Of a DNA stretch of 64,000 bases, positions 47,201 to 61,899 are shown piece by piece. A program made the position numbers and the translations under genes. The DNA comes from Centroscyllium fabricii. Taxonomy: Eukaryota. Numbering within the stretch: the first letter of the stretch is position 1; the number at the start of each line of letters is the position of its first letter. A model generated the notes under the pieces. That model was not told where the DNA came from. It made no database searches and worked only from the letters and a program-made list of their open reading frames with translations. The DNA lies in the NCBI GenBank assembly GCA_051313645.2, contig JBNRSN020000089.1:2170001-2234000 (forward strand), read 5' to 3'.

Positions 47201-48570
47201 ATCTGTGAACAATACATCAGACATTGTCCATCTGTGTACAATACATCAGATAATGTCCATCTGTGTACAGTACATCAGAAAATGTCCATCTGTGTACAAT
47301 ACATCAGACAATGTCCATCTGTGTACAATACATCAGACAATGTCCATCTGTGAAGAATACATCTGAAAATGTCCCTCTGTGTGCAATACATCAGACAATG
47401 TCCATCTGTGTACAATACATCAGACAATGTCCATCTGTGAACAATACATCAGACAATGCCCATCTGTGTACAATACATCAAACAATGTCCATCTGTGTAC
47501 AATACATCAGAAAATGTCCATCTGTGAACAATACATCAGAAAATGTCCATCTTTGTCCAATATATCAGACAATGTCTATCTGTGTACAATACATCAGACA
47601 ATGTCCATCTGTGAACAGTACATCAGACAATGTCCATCTGTGAACAATACATTAGAAAATGTCCATCTGTGTACAATACATCAGACAATGTCCATCTGTG
47701 TACAATACATCTGACAATGTCCATCTGTACAATACATCAGACAATATCCCTCTGTGAACAATACATCAGACAATATCCATCTGTGTACAATACATCAGAC
47801 AATGTCCATATGTGTACAATACATCAGAAAATATCCATCTGTGAACAATACATCAAACAATGTCCATCTATGTACAATACATCAGACAATGTCCATCTGT
47901 GAAAAATACATCAGACAATGTCCATCTGTGTACAATACATCAGACAATGTCCATCTGTGAACAATACATCAGACATTATCCATCTGTGTACAATACATCA
48001 GACAAAGTCCATCTGTGAGCAATACATCAGACAATATCTATCTGTGAACAATACATCAGACAATATCCATCTGTGTACAATACATCAGACAATGTCCATC
48101 TGTGAACAATACATCAGACATTATCCATCTGTGTACAATACATCAGACAATGTCCATCTCTGAACAATACATCAGACAATATCCATCTGTGAACAATACA
48201 TCAGACAAAATCCATCTGTGTACAATACATCAGACAATGTCCATATGTGTACATTACATCAGACATTATCCATCTGTGAACAATACATCAAACAATGTCC
48301 ATCTGTGTACAATACATCAGACAATATCCATCTGGGATCAATACATCGGATAATGTCCATCTGTGAACAATACATCAGACAATGTCCATCTGTGTACAAT
48401 ACATCACACAATGTCCATCTGTGTACAATACATCAGACAATGTCCATCTGTGAACAATACATCAGACAATATCCATCTGTGTACAATACATCAGACAATG
48501 TCCATCTGTGTACAATACATCAGACAATGTCCATCTGTGTACAATACATCAGACAATGTCCGTCTGTGAA
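44270..48570. repeat. Tandem duplication of a 2,171-bp (75-monomer) truncated HOR
   Basis: Markers at 46161/48332, both with the private CGGATAATG. CACTGAAC occurs at 44626/46797. ORF pairs 45092/47263 and 46047/48218. Confidence 0.9.
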
Positions 48571-50159
48571 CAATACATCAGACAATATCCATCTGTGTAC
48601 AATATATCAGACAATGTCCATCTGTGTACAATACATCAGACAATGTCCATCTGTGTACAATACATCAGACAATGTCCATCTGTGTATAATACATCAGACA
48701 ATATCCATCTGTGTACAATACATCAGGCATTGCCATCTGTGTACAATACATCAGACAATATCCATCTGTGTACAATACATCAGACATTGTCCATCTGTGT
48801 ACAAAACATCAGACAATATCCATCTGTGTACAATACATCAGACAATATCCATCTGTGAACAATATATCAGACAATGTCCATCTGTGAACAATACATCAGA
48901 CAATGTCCATCTGTGTACAATACATCACACAATTTCCATCTGTGTACAGTACATCAGAAAATGTCCATCTGTGTACAATACATCAGACAATGTCCATCTG
49001 TGTACAATACATCAGACAATGTCCATCTGTGAACAATACATCAGAAAATGTCCATCTGTGTACAATACATCAGACAATGTCCATCTGTGTACAATACATC
49101 AGACAATGCCCATCTGTGAACAATACATCAGACAATGTCCATCTGTGTACAATACATCAGACAATGTCCATCTGTGTACAATACAGCAGACAATGTCCAT
49201 CTGTGAACAATACATCAGAAAATGTCCATCTGCGTACAATACATCAGACAATGTCCATCTGTGAACAGTACATCAGAAAATGTCCATCTGTGTACAGTAC
49301 ATCAGACAATGTCCATCTGTGTACAATACATCAGCCAATGTCTATCTGTGAACAATACATCAGACAATGTCCATCTGTGAACAATACATCAGACAATGTC
49401 CATCTGTGTACAATACATCAGACAATGTCCATCTGTGTGCAATACATCAGACAATGTCCATCTGTGAACAATACATCAGACAATATCAATCTGTGTACAA
49501 TACATCAGACAATGTCCATCTGTGTACAATAGATCAGACAATGTCCATCTGTGAACAATACATCAGAAAATGTCCATCTGTGTACAGTACATCAGACAAT
49601 GTCCATCTGTGTACAATACATCAGACAATGTCCATCTGTGAACACTACATCAGACAATGTCCATCTGTGTACAATACATGAGACAATATCCATCTGTGTA
49701 CAATACATCAGACAATGTCCATCTGTGAACAATACATCAGAAAATGTCCATCTGTGTACAATACATCAGACAATGTCCATCTGTGAACAGTACATCAGAA
49801 AATGTCCATCTGTGTACAGTACATCAGACAATGTCCATCTGTGTACAATACATCAGACAATGTCCATCTGTGAACAATAAATCAGACAATGTCCATCTGT
49901 GTACAATACATCAGACAATGTCCATCTGTGAACAATACATCAGAAAATGTCCATCTGTGCACAATACATCAGACAATGTCCATCTGTGAACAATACATCA
50001 GAAAATGTCCATCTGTGTACAATACATCAGACAATGTCCATCTGTGAACATTACATCAGAAAATGTCCATCTGTGTACAATACATCAGAAAATGTCCATC
50101 TGTGTACAATACATCAGACAATGTCCATCTGTGTACAATACATCAGACAATGCCCATCT

Positions 50160-53100
50160 GTACAATACATCAGACAATGTCCATCTATGAACAATACATC
50201 TGACAATGTCCATCTGTGTACAATACATCAGACAATGCCCACCTCTGAACAATACATCAGACAATATCAACCTGTGTACAATACATCAGACAATGTCCAT
50301 CTGTGTACAATACATCAGACAATGCCCATCTGTGAACAATACATCAGTCAATATCCATCTGTGTACTATACATCAGACAATGTCCATCTGTGTACAATAC
50401 ATCAGACAATGTCCATCTGTGTACAATACATTAGTCAATGTCCATCTGTGTATAATACATCAGACAATATCCATCTGTGTACAATACATCAGACATTGTC
50501 CATCTGTGTACAATACATCAGACAATTTCCATCTGTGTACAATACATCAGACATTGTCCATCTGTGTACAATACATGAGACAATATCCATCTGTGTACAA
50601 TACATCAGACAATGTCCATCTGTGAACAATACATCAGACAATGTCCATCTGTGAACAATACATCAGACATTGTCCATCTGTGTACAATACATCAGATAAT
50701 GTCCATCTGTGTACAGTACATCAGAAAATGTCCATCTGTGTACAATACATCAGACAATGTCCATCTGTGTACAATACATCAGACAATGTCCATCTGTGAA
50801 GAATACATCTGAAAATGTCCATCTGTGTGCAATACATCAGACAATGTCCATCTGTGTACAATACATCAGACAATGTCCATCTGTGAACAATACATCAGAC
50901 AATGTCCATCTGTGTACAATAAATCAAACAATGTCCATCTGTGTACAATACATCAGAAAATGTCCATCTGTGAAAAATACATCAGAAAATGTCCATCTGT
51001 GTACAATATATCAGACAATGTCTATCTGTGTACAATACATCAGACAATATCCATCTGTGAACATTACATCAGACAATGTCCATCTGTGAACAATACGTCA
51101 GAAAATGTCCATCTGTGTACAATACATTAGAAAATGTCCATCTGTGTACAATACATCAGACAATGTCCATCTGTGTACAATACATCTGACAATGTCCATC
51201 TGTACAATACATCAGACAATGTCCCTCTGTGAACAATACATCAGACAATATCCATCTGTGTACAATACATCAGACAATGTCCATATGTGTACAATACATC
51301 AGAAAATATCCATCTGTGAACAATACATCAAACAATGTCCATCTATGTACAATACATCAGACAATGTCCATCTGTGAAAAATACATCAGACAATGTCCAT
51401 CTGTGTACAATACATCAGACAATGTCCATCTGTGAACAATACATCAGACATTATCCATCTGTGTACAATACATCAGACAAAGTCCATCTGTGAGCAATAC
51501 ATCAGACAGTATCTATCTGTGAACAATACATCAGACAATATCCATCTGTGTACAATACATCAGACAATGTCCATCTGTGAACAATACATCAGACATTATC
51601 CATCTGTGTACAATACATCAGACAATGTCCATCTCTGAACAATACATCAGACAATATCCATCTGTGAACAATACATCAGACAATATCCTTCTGTGTACAA
51701 TACATCAGACAATGTCCATCTGTGTACATTACATCAGACATTATCCATCTGTGAACAATACATCAAACAATGTCCATCTGTGTACAATACATCTGACAAT
51801 ATCCATCTGGGATCAATACATCGGACAATGTCCATCTGTGTACAATACATCAGACAATGTCCATCTATGAACAATACATCTGACAATGTCCATCTGTGTA
51901 CAATACATCAGGCAATGCCCACCTCTGAACAATACATCAGACAATATCAATCTGTGTACAATACATCAGACAATGTCCATCTGTGTACAATACATCAGAC
52001 AATGCCCATCTGTGAACAATACATCAGACAATATCCATCTGTGTACTATACATCAGACAATGTCAATCTGTGTACAATACATCAGACAATGTCCATCTGT
52101 GTACAATACATTAGTCAATGTCCATCTGTGTATAATACATCAGACAATATCCATCTGTGTACAATACATCAGACATTGTCCATCTGTGTACAATACATCA
52201 GACAATTTCCATCTGTGTACAATACATCAGACATTGTCCATCTGTGAACAATACATGAGACAATATCCATCTGTGTACAATACATCAGACAATGTCCAGC
52301 TGTGAACAATACATCAGACAATGTCCATCTGTGAACAATACATCAGACATTGTCCATCTGTGTACAATACATCAGATAATGTCCATCTGTGTACAGTACA
52401 TCAGAAAATGTCCATCTGTGTATAATACATCAGACAATGTCCATCTGTGTACAATACATCAGACAATGTCCATCTGTAAAGAATACATCTGAAAATGTCC
52501 ATCTGTGTGCAATACATCAGACAATGTCCATCTGTGTACAATACATCAGACAATGTCCATCTGTGAACAATACATCAGACAATGTCCATCTGTGTACAAT
52601 AAATCAAACAATGTCCATCTGTGTACAATACATCAGAAAATGTGCATCTGTGAACAATACATCAGAAAATGTCCATCTGTGTACAATATATCAGACAATG
52701 TCTATCTGTGTACAATACATCAGACAATATCCATCTGTGAACATTACATCAGACAATGTCCATCTGTGAACAATACGTCAGAAAATGTCCATCTGTGTAC
52801 AATACATTAGAAAATGTCCATCTGTGTACAATACATCAGACAATGTCCATCTGTGTACAATACATCTGACAATGTCCATCTGTACAATACATCAGACAAT
52901 GTCCCTCTGTGAACAATACATCAGACAATATCCATCTGTGTACAATACATCAGACAATGTCCATATGTGTACAATACATCAGAAAATATCCATCTGTGAA
53001 CAATACATCAAACAATGTCCATCTATGTACAATACATCAGACAATGTCCATCTGTGAAAAATACATCAGACAATGTCCATCTGTGTACAATACATCAGAC

Positions 53101-53520
53101 AATGTCCATCTGTGAACAATACATCAGACATTATCCATCTGTGTACAATACATCAGACAAAGTCCATCTGTGAGCAATACATCAGACAATATCTATCTGT
53201 GAACAATACATCAGACAATATCCATCTGTGTACAATACATCAGACAATGTCCATCTGTGAACAATACATCAGACATTATCCATCTGTGTACAATACATCA
53301 GACAATGTCCATCTCTGAACAATACATCAGACAATATCCATCTGTGAACAATACATCAGACAATATCCTTCTGTGTACAATACATCAGACAATGTCCATC
53401 TGTGTACATTACATCAAACATTATCCATCTGTGAAAAATACATCAAACAATGTCCATCTGTGTACAATACATCTGGCAATATCCATCTGGGATCAATACA
53501 TCGGACAATGTCCATCTGTG
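50160..53520. repeat. Tandem duplication of a 1,680-bp (58-monomer) truncated HOR
   Basis: Markers at 51807/53487. Shared private variants GCCCACCTCTG, AAATCAAACA (50921/52601) and CAATACGTCA (51091/52771). ORF pairs 50206/51886 and 50709/52389. Confidence 0.9.
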
Positions 53521-53615
53521 TACAATACATCAAACAATGTCCATCTGTGTACAATACATCTGGCAATATCCATCTGGGATCAATACATCGGACAATGTCC
53601 ATCTGTGTACAATAC
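53440..53615. repeat. 87-bp (3-monomer) tandem duplication containing the GGGATC marker
   Basis: Markers at 53487 and 53574 are each preceded by the private variant ATCTGGCAAT. Confidence 0.92.
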
Positions 53616-56600
53616 ATCAGACAATGTCCATCTGTGTACAATACATCACACAATGTCCATCTGTGTACAATACATCAGACAATGTCCATCTGTGTACAAT
53701 ACATCAGACATTGTCCATCTGTGTACAATACATCAGACAATATCCATCTGTGTACAATACATCAGACAATATCCATCTGTGAACAATACATCAGACAATG
53801 TCCATCTGTGAACAATACATCAGACAATGTCCATCTGTGTACAATACATCACACAATTTCCATCTGTGTAAAGTACATCAGAAAATATCCATCTGTGTAC
53901 AATACATCAGACAATGTCCATCTGTGTACAATACATCAGACAATGTCCATCTGTGAACAATACTTCAGAAAATGTCCAACTGTGTACAATACATCAGACA
54001 ATGTCCATCTGTGTACAATACATCAGACAATGTCCATCTGTGAACAATATATCAGACAATGTCCATCTGTGTACAATACATCAGACAATGTCCATCTGTG
54101 TACAATACATCAGACAATCTCCATCTGTGAACAATACATCATAAAATGTCCATCTGCGTACAATACATCAGACAATGTCCATCTGTGAACAGTACATCAG
54201 AAAATGTCCATCTGTGTACAGTACATCAGACAATGTCCATCTGTGTGCAATACATCAGCCAATGTCCATCTGTGAACAATACATCAGACAATGTCCATCT
54301 GTGACCAATACATCAGACAATGTCCATCTGTGTACAATACATCAGACAATGCCCATCTGTGTACAATACATCAGACAATGTCCATCTGTGAACAATACAT
54401 CAGACAATATCAATCTGTGTACATTACATCAGACAATGTCCATCTGTGTACAATACATCAGACAATTTCCATCTGTGAACAATACATCAGAAAATGTCCA
54501 TCTGTTTACAGTACATCAGACAATGTCCATCTGTGTACAATACATCTGACAATGTCCATCTGTGAACACTACATCAGACAATGTCCATCTGTGTACAATA
54601 CATGAGACAATATCCATCTGTGTACAATACATCAGACAATGTCCATCTGTGAACAATACATCAGAAAATGTCCATCTGTGTACAATACATCAGACAATGT
54701 CCATCTGTGAACAGTACATCAGAAAATGTCCATCTGTGTACAGTACATCAGACAATGTCCATCTGTGTACAATACATCAGACAATGTCCATCTGTGAACA
54801 ATAAATCAGACAATGTCCATCTGTGTACAATACATCAGACAATGTCCATCTGTGAACAATACATCAGAAAATGACCATCTGTGCACAATACTTCAGACAA
54901 TGTCCATCTGTGAACAATACATCAGAAAATGTCCATCTGTGTACAATACATCAGACAATGTCCATCTGTGAACAATACATCAGAAAATGTCCATCTGTGT
55001 ACAATACATCAGAAAATGTCCATCTGTGTACAATACATCTGACAATGTCCATCTGTGTACAATACATCAGACAATGCCCATCTGTACAATACATCAGACA
55101 ATGTCCATCTATGAACAATACATCTGACAATGTCCATCTGTGTACAATACATCAGACAATGTCCATCTGTGTACAATACATCAGACAATGTCCGTCTGTG
55201 TACAATACATCAGACAATGTCCATCTGTGTACAATACATCAGACAATGTCCATCTCTGAACAATACATCAGACAATATCAATCTGTGTACAATACATCAG
55301 ACAATGTCCATCTGTGTACAATACATCAGACAATGCCCATCTGTGAACAATACATCAGACAATATCCATCTGTGTACTATACATCAGACAATGTCCATCT
55401 GTGTACAATACATCAGACAATGTCCATCTGTGAACAATACATCAGACAATGTCCATCTGTGAACAATACATCAGACAATGTCCATCTGTGTACAATACAT
55501 CACACAATTTCCATCTGTGTACAGTACATCATAAAATGTCCATCTGTGTACAATACATCAGACAATGTCCATCTGTGTACAATACATCAGACAATGCCCA
55601 TCTGTGAACAATACGTCAGAAAATGTCCATCTGTGTACAATACATCAGAAAATGTCCATCTGTGTACAATACATCAGACAATGTCCATCTGTGAACAATA
55701 CATCAGACAATGTCCATCTGTGTACAATACATCAGACAATGTCCATTTGTGTACAATACATCAGACAATGTCCATATGTGAACAATACATCAGAAAATGT
55801 CCATCTGCGTACAATACATCAGACAATGTCCATCTGTGAACAATACATCAGCCAATGTCCATCTGTGAACAATACATCAGACAATGTCCATCTGTGAACA
55901 ATACATCAGACAATGTCCATCTGTGTACAATACATCAGACAATGTCCATCTGTGTACAATACATCAGACAATGTCCATCTGTGAACACTACATCAGACAA
56001 TATCAATCTGTGTACAATACATCAGACAATGTCCATCTGTGTACAATACATCAGACAATGCCCATCTGTGAACAATACATCAGACAATATCCATCTGTGT
56101 ACTATACATCAGACAATGTCCATCTGTGTACAATACATCAGACAATGTCCATCTGTGAACAATACATCAGACAATGTCCATCTGTGAACAATGCATCAGA
56201 CAATGTCCATCTGTGTACAATACATCACACAATTTCCATCTGTGTACAGTACATCAGAAAATGTCCATCTGTGTACAATACATCAGACAATGTCCATCTG
56301 TGTACAATACATCAGACAATGTCCATCTGTGAACAATACATCAGAAAATGTCCATCTGTGTACAATACATCAGACAATGTCCATCTGTGTACAATACATC
56401 AGACAATGTCCATCTGTGAACAATACATCAGACAATGTCCATCTGTGAACAATACATCAGAAAATGTCCATCTGCGTACAATACATCAGACAATGTCCAT
56501 CTGTGAACAGTACATCAGAAAATGTCCATCTGTGTACAGTACATCAGACAATGTCCATCTGTGTACAATACATCAGCCAATGTCCATCTGTGAACAATAG

Positions 56601-59600
56601 ATCAGACAATGTCCATCTGTGAACAATACATCAGACAATGTCCATCTGTGTACAATACATCAGACAATGTCCATCTGTGTACAATACATCAGACAATGTC
56701 CATCTGTGAACAATACATCAGACAATATCAATCTGTGTACAATACATCAGACAATGTCCATCTGTGTACAATACATCAGACAATGTCCATCTGTGAACAA
56801 TACATCAGAAAATGTCCATCTGTGTACAGTACATCAGACAATGTCCATCTGTGTACAATACATCTGACAATGTCCATCTGTGAACACTACATCAGACAAT
56901 ATCCATCTGTGTACAATACATGAGACAATATCCATCTGTGTACAATACATCAGACAATGTCCATCTGTGAACAATACATCTGAAAATGTCCACCTGTGTA
57001 CAATACATCAGACAATGTCCATCTGTGAACAGTACATCAGAAAATGTCCATCTGTGTACAGTACATCAGACAATGTCCATCTGTGTACAATACATCAGAC
57101 AATGTCCATCTGTGAACAATAAATCAGACAATGTCCATCAGTGTACAATACATCAGACAATGTCCATCTGTGAACAATACATCAGAAAATGTCCATCTGT
57201 GCACAATACATCAGATAATGTCCATCTGTGAACAATACATCAGAAAATGTCCATCTGTGTACAATACATCAGACAATGTCCATCTGTGAACAATACATCA
57301 GAAAATGTCCATCTGTGTACAATACATCAGAAAATGTCCATCTGTGTACAATACATCAGACAATGTCCATCTGTGTACAATACATCAGACAATGCCCATC
57401 TGTACAATACATCAGACAATGTCCATCTATGAACAATACATCTGACAATGTCCATCTGTGTACAATACATCAGACAATGTCCATCTGTGTACAATACATC
57501 AGACAATGTCCGTCTGTGTACAATACATCAGACAATGTCCATCTGTGTACAATACATCAGACAATGTCCATCTCTGAACAATATATCAGACAATATCAAT
57601 CTGTGTACAATACATCAGACAATGTCCATCTGTGTACAATACATCAGACAATGTCCATCTGTGTACAATACATCAGTCAATGTCCATCTGTGTATAATAC
57701 ATCAGAAAATATCCATCTGTGTACAATACATCAGATATTGTCCATCTGTGTACAATACATCAGACAATTTCCATCTGTGTACAATACATCAGACATTGTC
57801 CATCTGTGTACAATACATGAGACAATATCCATCTGTGTACAATACATCAGACAATGTCCATCTGTGAACAATACATCAGACAATGTCCATCTGTGAACAA
57901 TACATCAGACATTGTCCATCTGTGTACAATACATCAGATAATGTCCATCTGTTTACAGTACATCAGAAAATGTCCATCTGTGTACAATACATCAGACAAT
58001 GTCCATCTGTGTACAATACATCAGACAATGTCCATCTGTGAAGAATACATCTGAAAATGTCCATATGTGTGCAATACATCAGACAATGTCCATCTGTGTA
58101 CAATACATCAGACAATGTCCATCTGTGAACAATACATCAGACAATGTCCATCTGTGTACAATACATCAAACAATGTCCACCTGTGTACAATACATCAGAA
58201 AATGTCCATCTGTGAACAATACATCAGAAAATGTCCATCTGTGTACAATATATCAGACAATGTCTATCTGTGTACAATACATCAGAAAATGTCCATCTGT
58301 GAACAGTACATCAGACAATGTCCATCTGTGAACAATACATCAGAAAATGTCCATCTGTGTACAATACATTAGAAAATGTCCATCTGTGTACAATACATCA
58401 GACAATGTCCATCTGTGTACAATACATCTGACAATGTCCATCTGTACAATACATCAGACAATGTCCCTTTGTGAACAATACATCAGACAATATCCATCTG
58501 TGTACAATACATCAGACAATGTCCATATGTGTACAATACATCAGAAAATATCCATCTGTGAACAATACATCAAACAATGTCCATCTATGTACAATACATC
58601 AGACAATGTCCATCTGTGAAAAATACATCAGACAATGTCCATCTGTGTACAATACATCAGACAATGTCCATCTGTGAATAATACATCAGACATTATTCAT
58701 CTGTGTACAATACATCAGACAAAGTCCATCTGTGAGCAATACATCAGACAATATCTATCTGTGAACAATACATCAGACAATATCCATCTGTGTACAATAC
58801 ATCAGACAATGTCCATTTGTGAAAAATACATCAGACATTATCCATCTGTGTACAATACATCAGACAATGTCCATCTCTGAACAATACATCAGACAATATC
58901 CATCTGTGAACAATACATCAGACAATATCCTTCTGTGTACAATACATCAGACAATGTCCATCTGTGTACATTACATCAGACATTATCCATCTGTGAACAA
59001 TACATCAAACAATGTCCATCTGTGTACAATACATCAGACAATATCCATCTGGGATCAATACATCGGACAATGTCCATCTGTGTACAATACATCAGACAAT
59101 GTCCATCTGTGTACAATACATCACACAATGTCCATCTGTGTACAATACATCAGACAATGTCCATCTGTGAACAATACATCAGACAATATCCATCTGTGTA
59201 CAATACATCAGACAATGTCCATCTGTGTACAATACATCAGACAATGTCCATCTGTGTACAATACATCAGACAATGTCCGTCTGTGAACAATACATCAGAC
59301 AATATCCATCTGTGTACAATACATCAGACAATGTCCATCTGTGTACAATACATCAGAAAATGTCCATCTGTGTACAATACATCAGACAATTTCCATCTGT
59401 GTACAATACATCAGACAATGTCCATCTGTGAACAATACATCAGACAATGTCCATCTGTGTACAATACATCAGACAATGTCCATCTGTGTACAATACATCA
59501 GACAATGTCCATCTGTGAACAATACATCAGAAAATGTCCATCTGCGTACAATACATCAGACAATGTCGATCTGTGAAAAGTACATCAGAAAATGTCCATC

Positions 59601-61899
59601 TGTGTACAGTACATCAGACAATGTCCATCTGTGTACAATACATCAGCCAATGTCCATCTGTGAACAATACGTCAGACAATGTCCATCTGTGAACAATACA
59701 TCAGACAATGTCCATCTGTGTACAATACATCAGACAATGTCCATCTGTGTACAATACATCAGACAATGACCATCTGTGAACAGTACATCAGACAATATCA
59801 ATCTGTGTACAATACACCAGACAATGTCCATCTGTGAACAATACATCAGACAATGTCCATCTGTGTACAATACATCAGACAATGTCCATGTGTGAACAAT
59901 ACATCAGACAATGTCCATCTGTGTACAATACATCAGACAATGTCCATCTGTGTACAATACATCAGACAATGTCCATCTGTGAACAATACATCAGAAAATG
60001 TCCATCTGTGTACAGTACATCAGACAATGTCCATCTGTGTACAATACATCAGCCAATGTCCATCTGTGAACAATACATCAGACAATGTCCATCTGTGAAC
60101 AATACATCAGACAATGTCCATCTGTGTACAATACATCAGACAATGTCCATCTGTGTACAATACATCAGACAAGGTCCATCTGTGAACAATACATCAGACA
60201 ATATCAATCTGTGTACAATACATCAGACAATGTCCATCTGTGTACAATACATCAGACAATGTCCACCTGTGAACAATAGATCAGAAAATTTCCATCTGTG
60301 TACAATACATCAGACAATGTCCATCTGTGTACAATACATCAGACAATGTCCATGTGTGAACAATACATCAGACAATTTCCATCTGTGTACAATACATCAG
60401 ACAATGTCCATCTGTGTACAATACATCAGACAATGTCCATCTGTGTACAATACATGATACAATGTCCATCTGTGTACAATAAATCAGAAAATGTCCATCT
60501 GTGAACAATACATCAGAAAATGTCCATCTGTGTACAATACATCAGACAATGTCCATCTGTGAACAGTACATCAGAAAATGTCCATCTGTGTACAGTACAT
60601 CAGACAATGTCCATCTGTGTACAATACATCAGACAATGACCATCTGTGTACAATACATCAGACAATGTCCATCTGTGTACAATACATCAGACAATGTCCA
60701 TCTGTGTACAATACATCAGACAATGTCCATCTGTGTACAATACATGAGACAATGTCCATCTGTGAACAATACATCAGAAAAAGTCCATCTGTGTACATTA
60801 CATCAGACAATGTCCATCTGTGTACAATACATCAGACAATGTCCATCTGTGAACAACACATCAGACAATGTCCATCTGTGTACAATACATCAGACAATGT
60901 CCATCTGTGTACAATACATCAGACAATGTCCATCTGTGTACAATACATCAGACAATGTCCATCTGTGAACAATACATCAGAAAATGTCCATCTGTGTACA
61001 ATACATCAGACAATGTCCATCTGTGTACAATACATCAGACAATATCCATGTGTGAACAATACATCAGACAATGTCCATCTGTGTACAATATATCAGACAA
61101 TGTCCATCTGTGTACAATATATCAGACAATGTCCATCTGTGTACAATACATGAGACAATGTCCATCTGTGTACAATACATCAGACAATGTCCATCTGTGA
61201 ACAATATATCAGAATATGTCCATCTGTGTACAATACATCAGACAATGTCCATCTGTGAACAGTACATCAGAAAATGTCCATCTGTGTACAGTACATCAGA
61301 CAATGTCCATCTGTGTACAATACATCAGACAATGTCAATCTGTGTACAATACATCAGACAATGTCCATCTGTGAACAATAAATCAGACAATGTCCATCTG
61401 TGTACAATACATCAGACAATGTCCATCTGTGAACAATACATCAGAAAATGTCCATCTGTGTGCAATACATCAGACAATGTCCATCTGTGAACAATACATC
61501 AGAAAATGTCCATCTGTGTACAATACATCAGACAATGTCCATCTGTGAACAATACATCAGAAAATGTCCATCTGTGTACAATACATCAGAAAATGTCCAT
61601 CTGTGTACAATACATCAGACAATGTCCATCTGTGTACAATACATCAGACAATGCCCATCTGTACAATACATCAGACAATGTCCATCTGTGAACAATACAT
61701 CAGACAATATCCATCTGTGTACAATACATCAGACAATGTCCATATGTGTACAATACATCAGAAAATATCCATCTGTGAACAATACATCAAACAATGTCCA
61801 TCTATGTACAATACATCAGACAATTTCCATCTGTGAAAAGTACATCAGACAATGTCCATCTGTGTACAATACATCAGACAATGTCCATCTGTGAACAAT

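Larger units (their letters stand above)
6300..59650. repeat. Higher-order repeat domain; canonical unit of 123 monomers = 3,563/3,564 bp, with many length variants
   Basis: The marker monomer CTGGGATCAATACATCGGAC and an ordered series of other rare variants recur. Marker spacings 15940->19504 and 30108->33672 are 3,564 bp and 33672->37235 is 3,563 bp. These equal 123x29 minus two 27-bp monomers, plus one 30-bp monomer where present. Confidence 0.93.
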
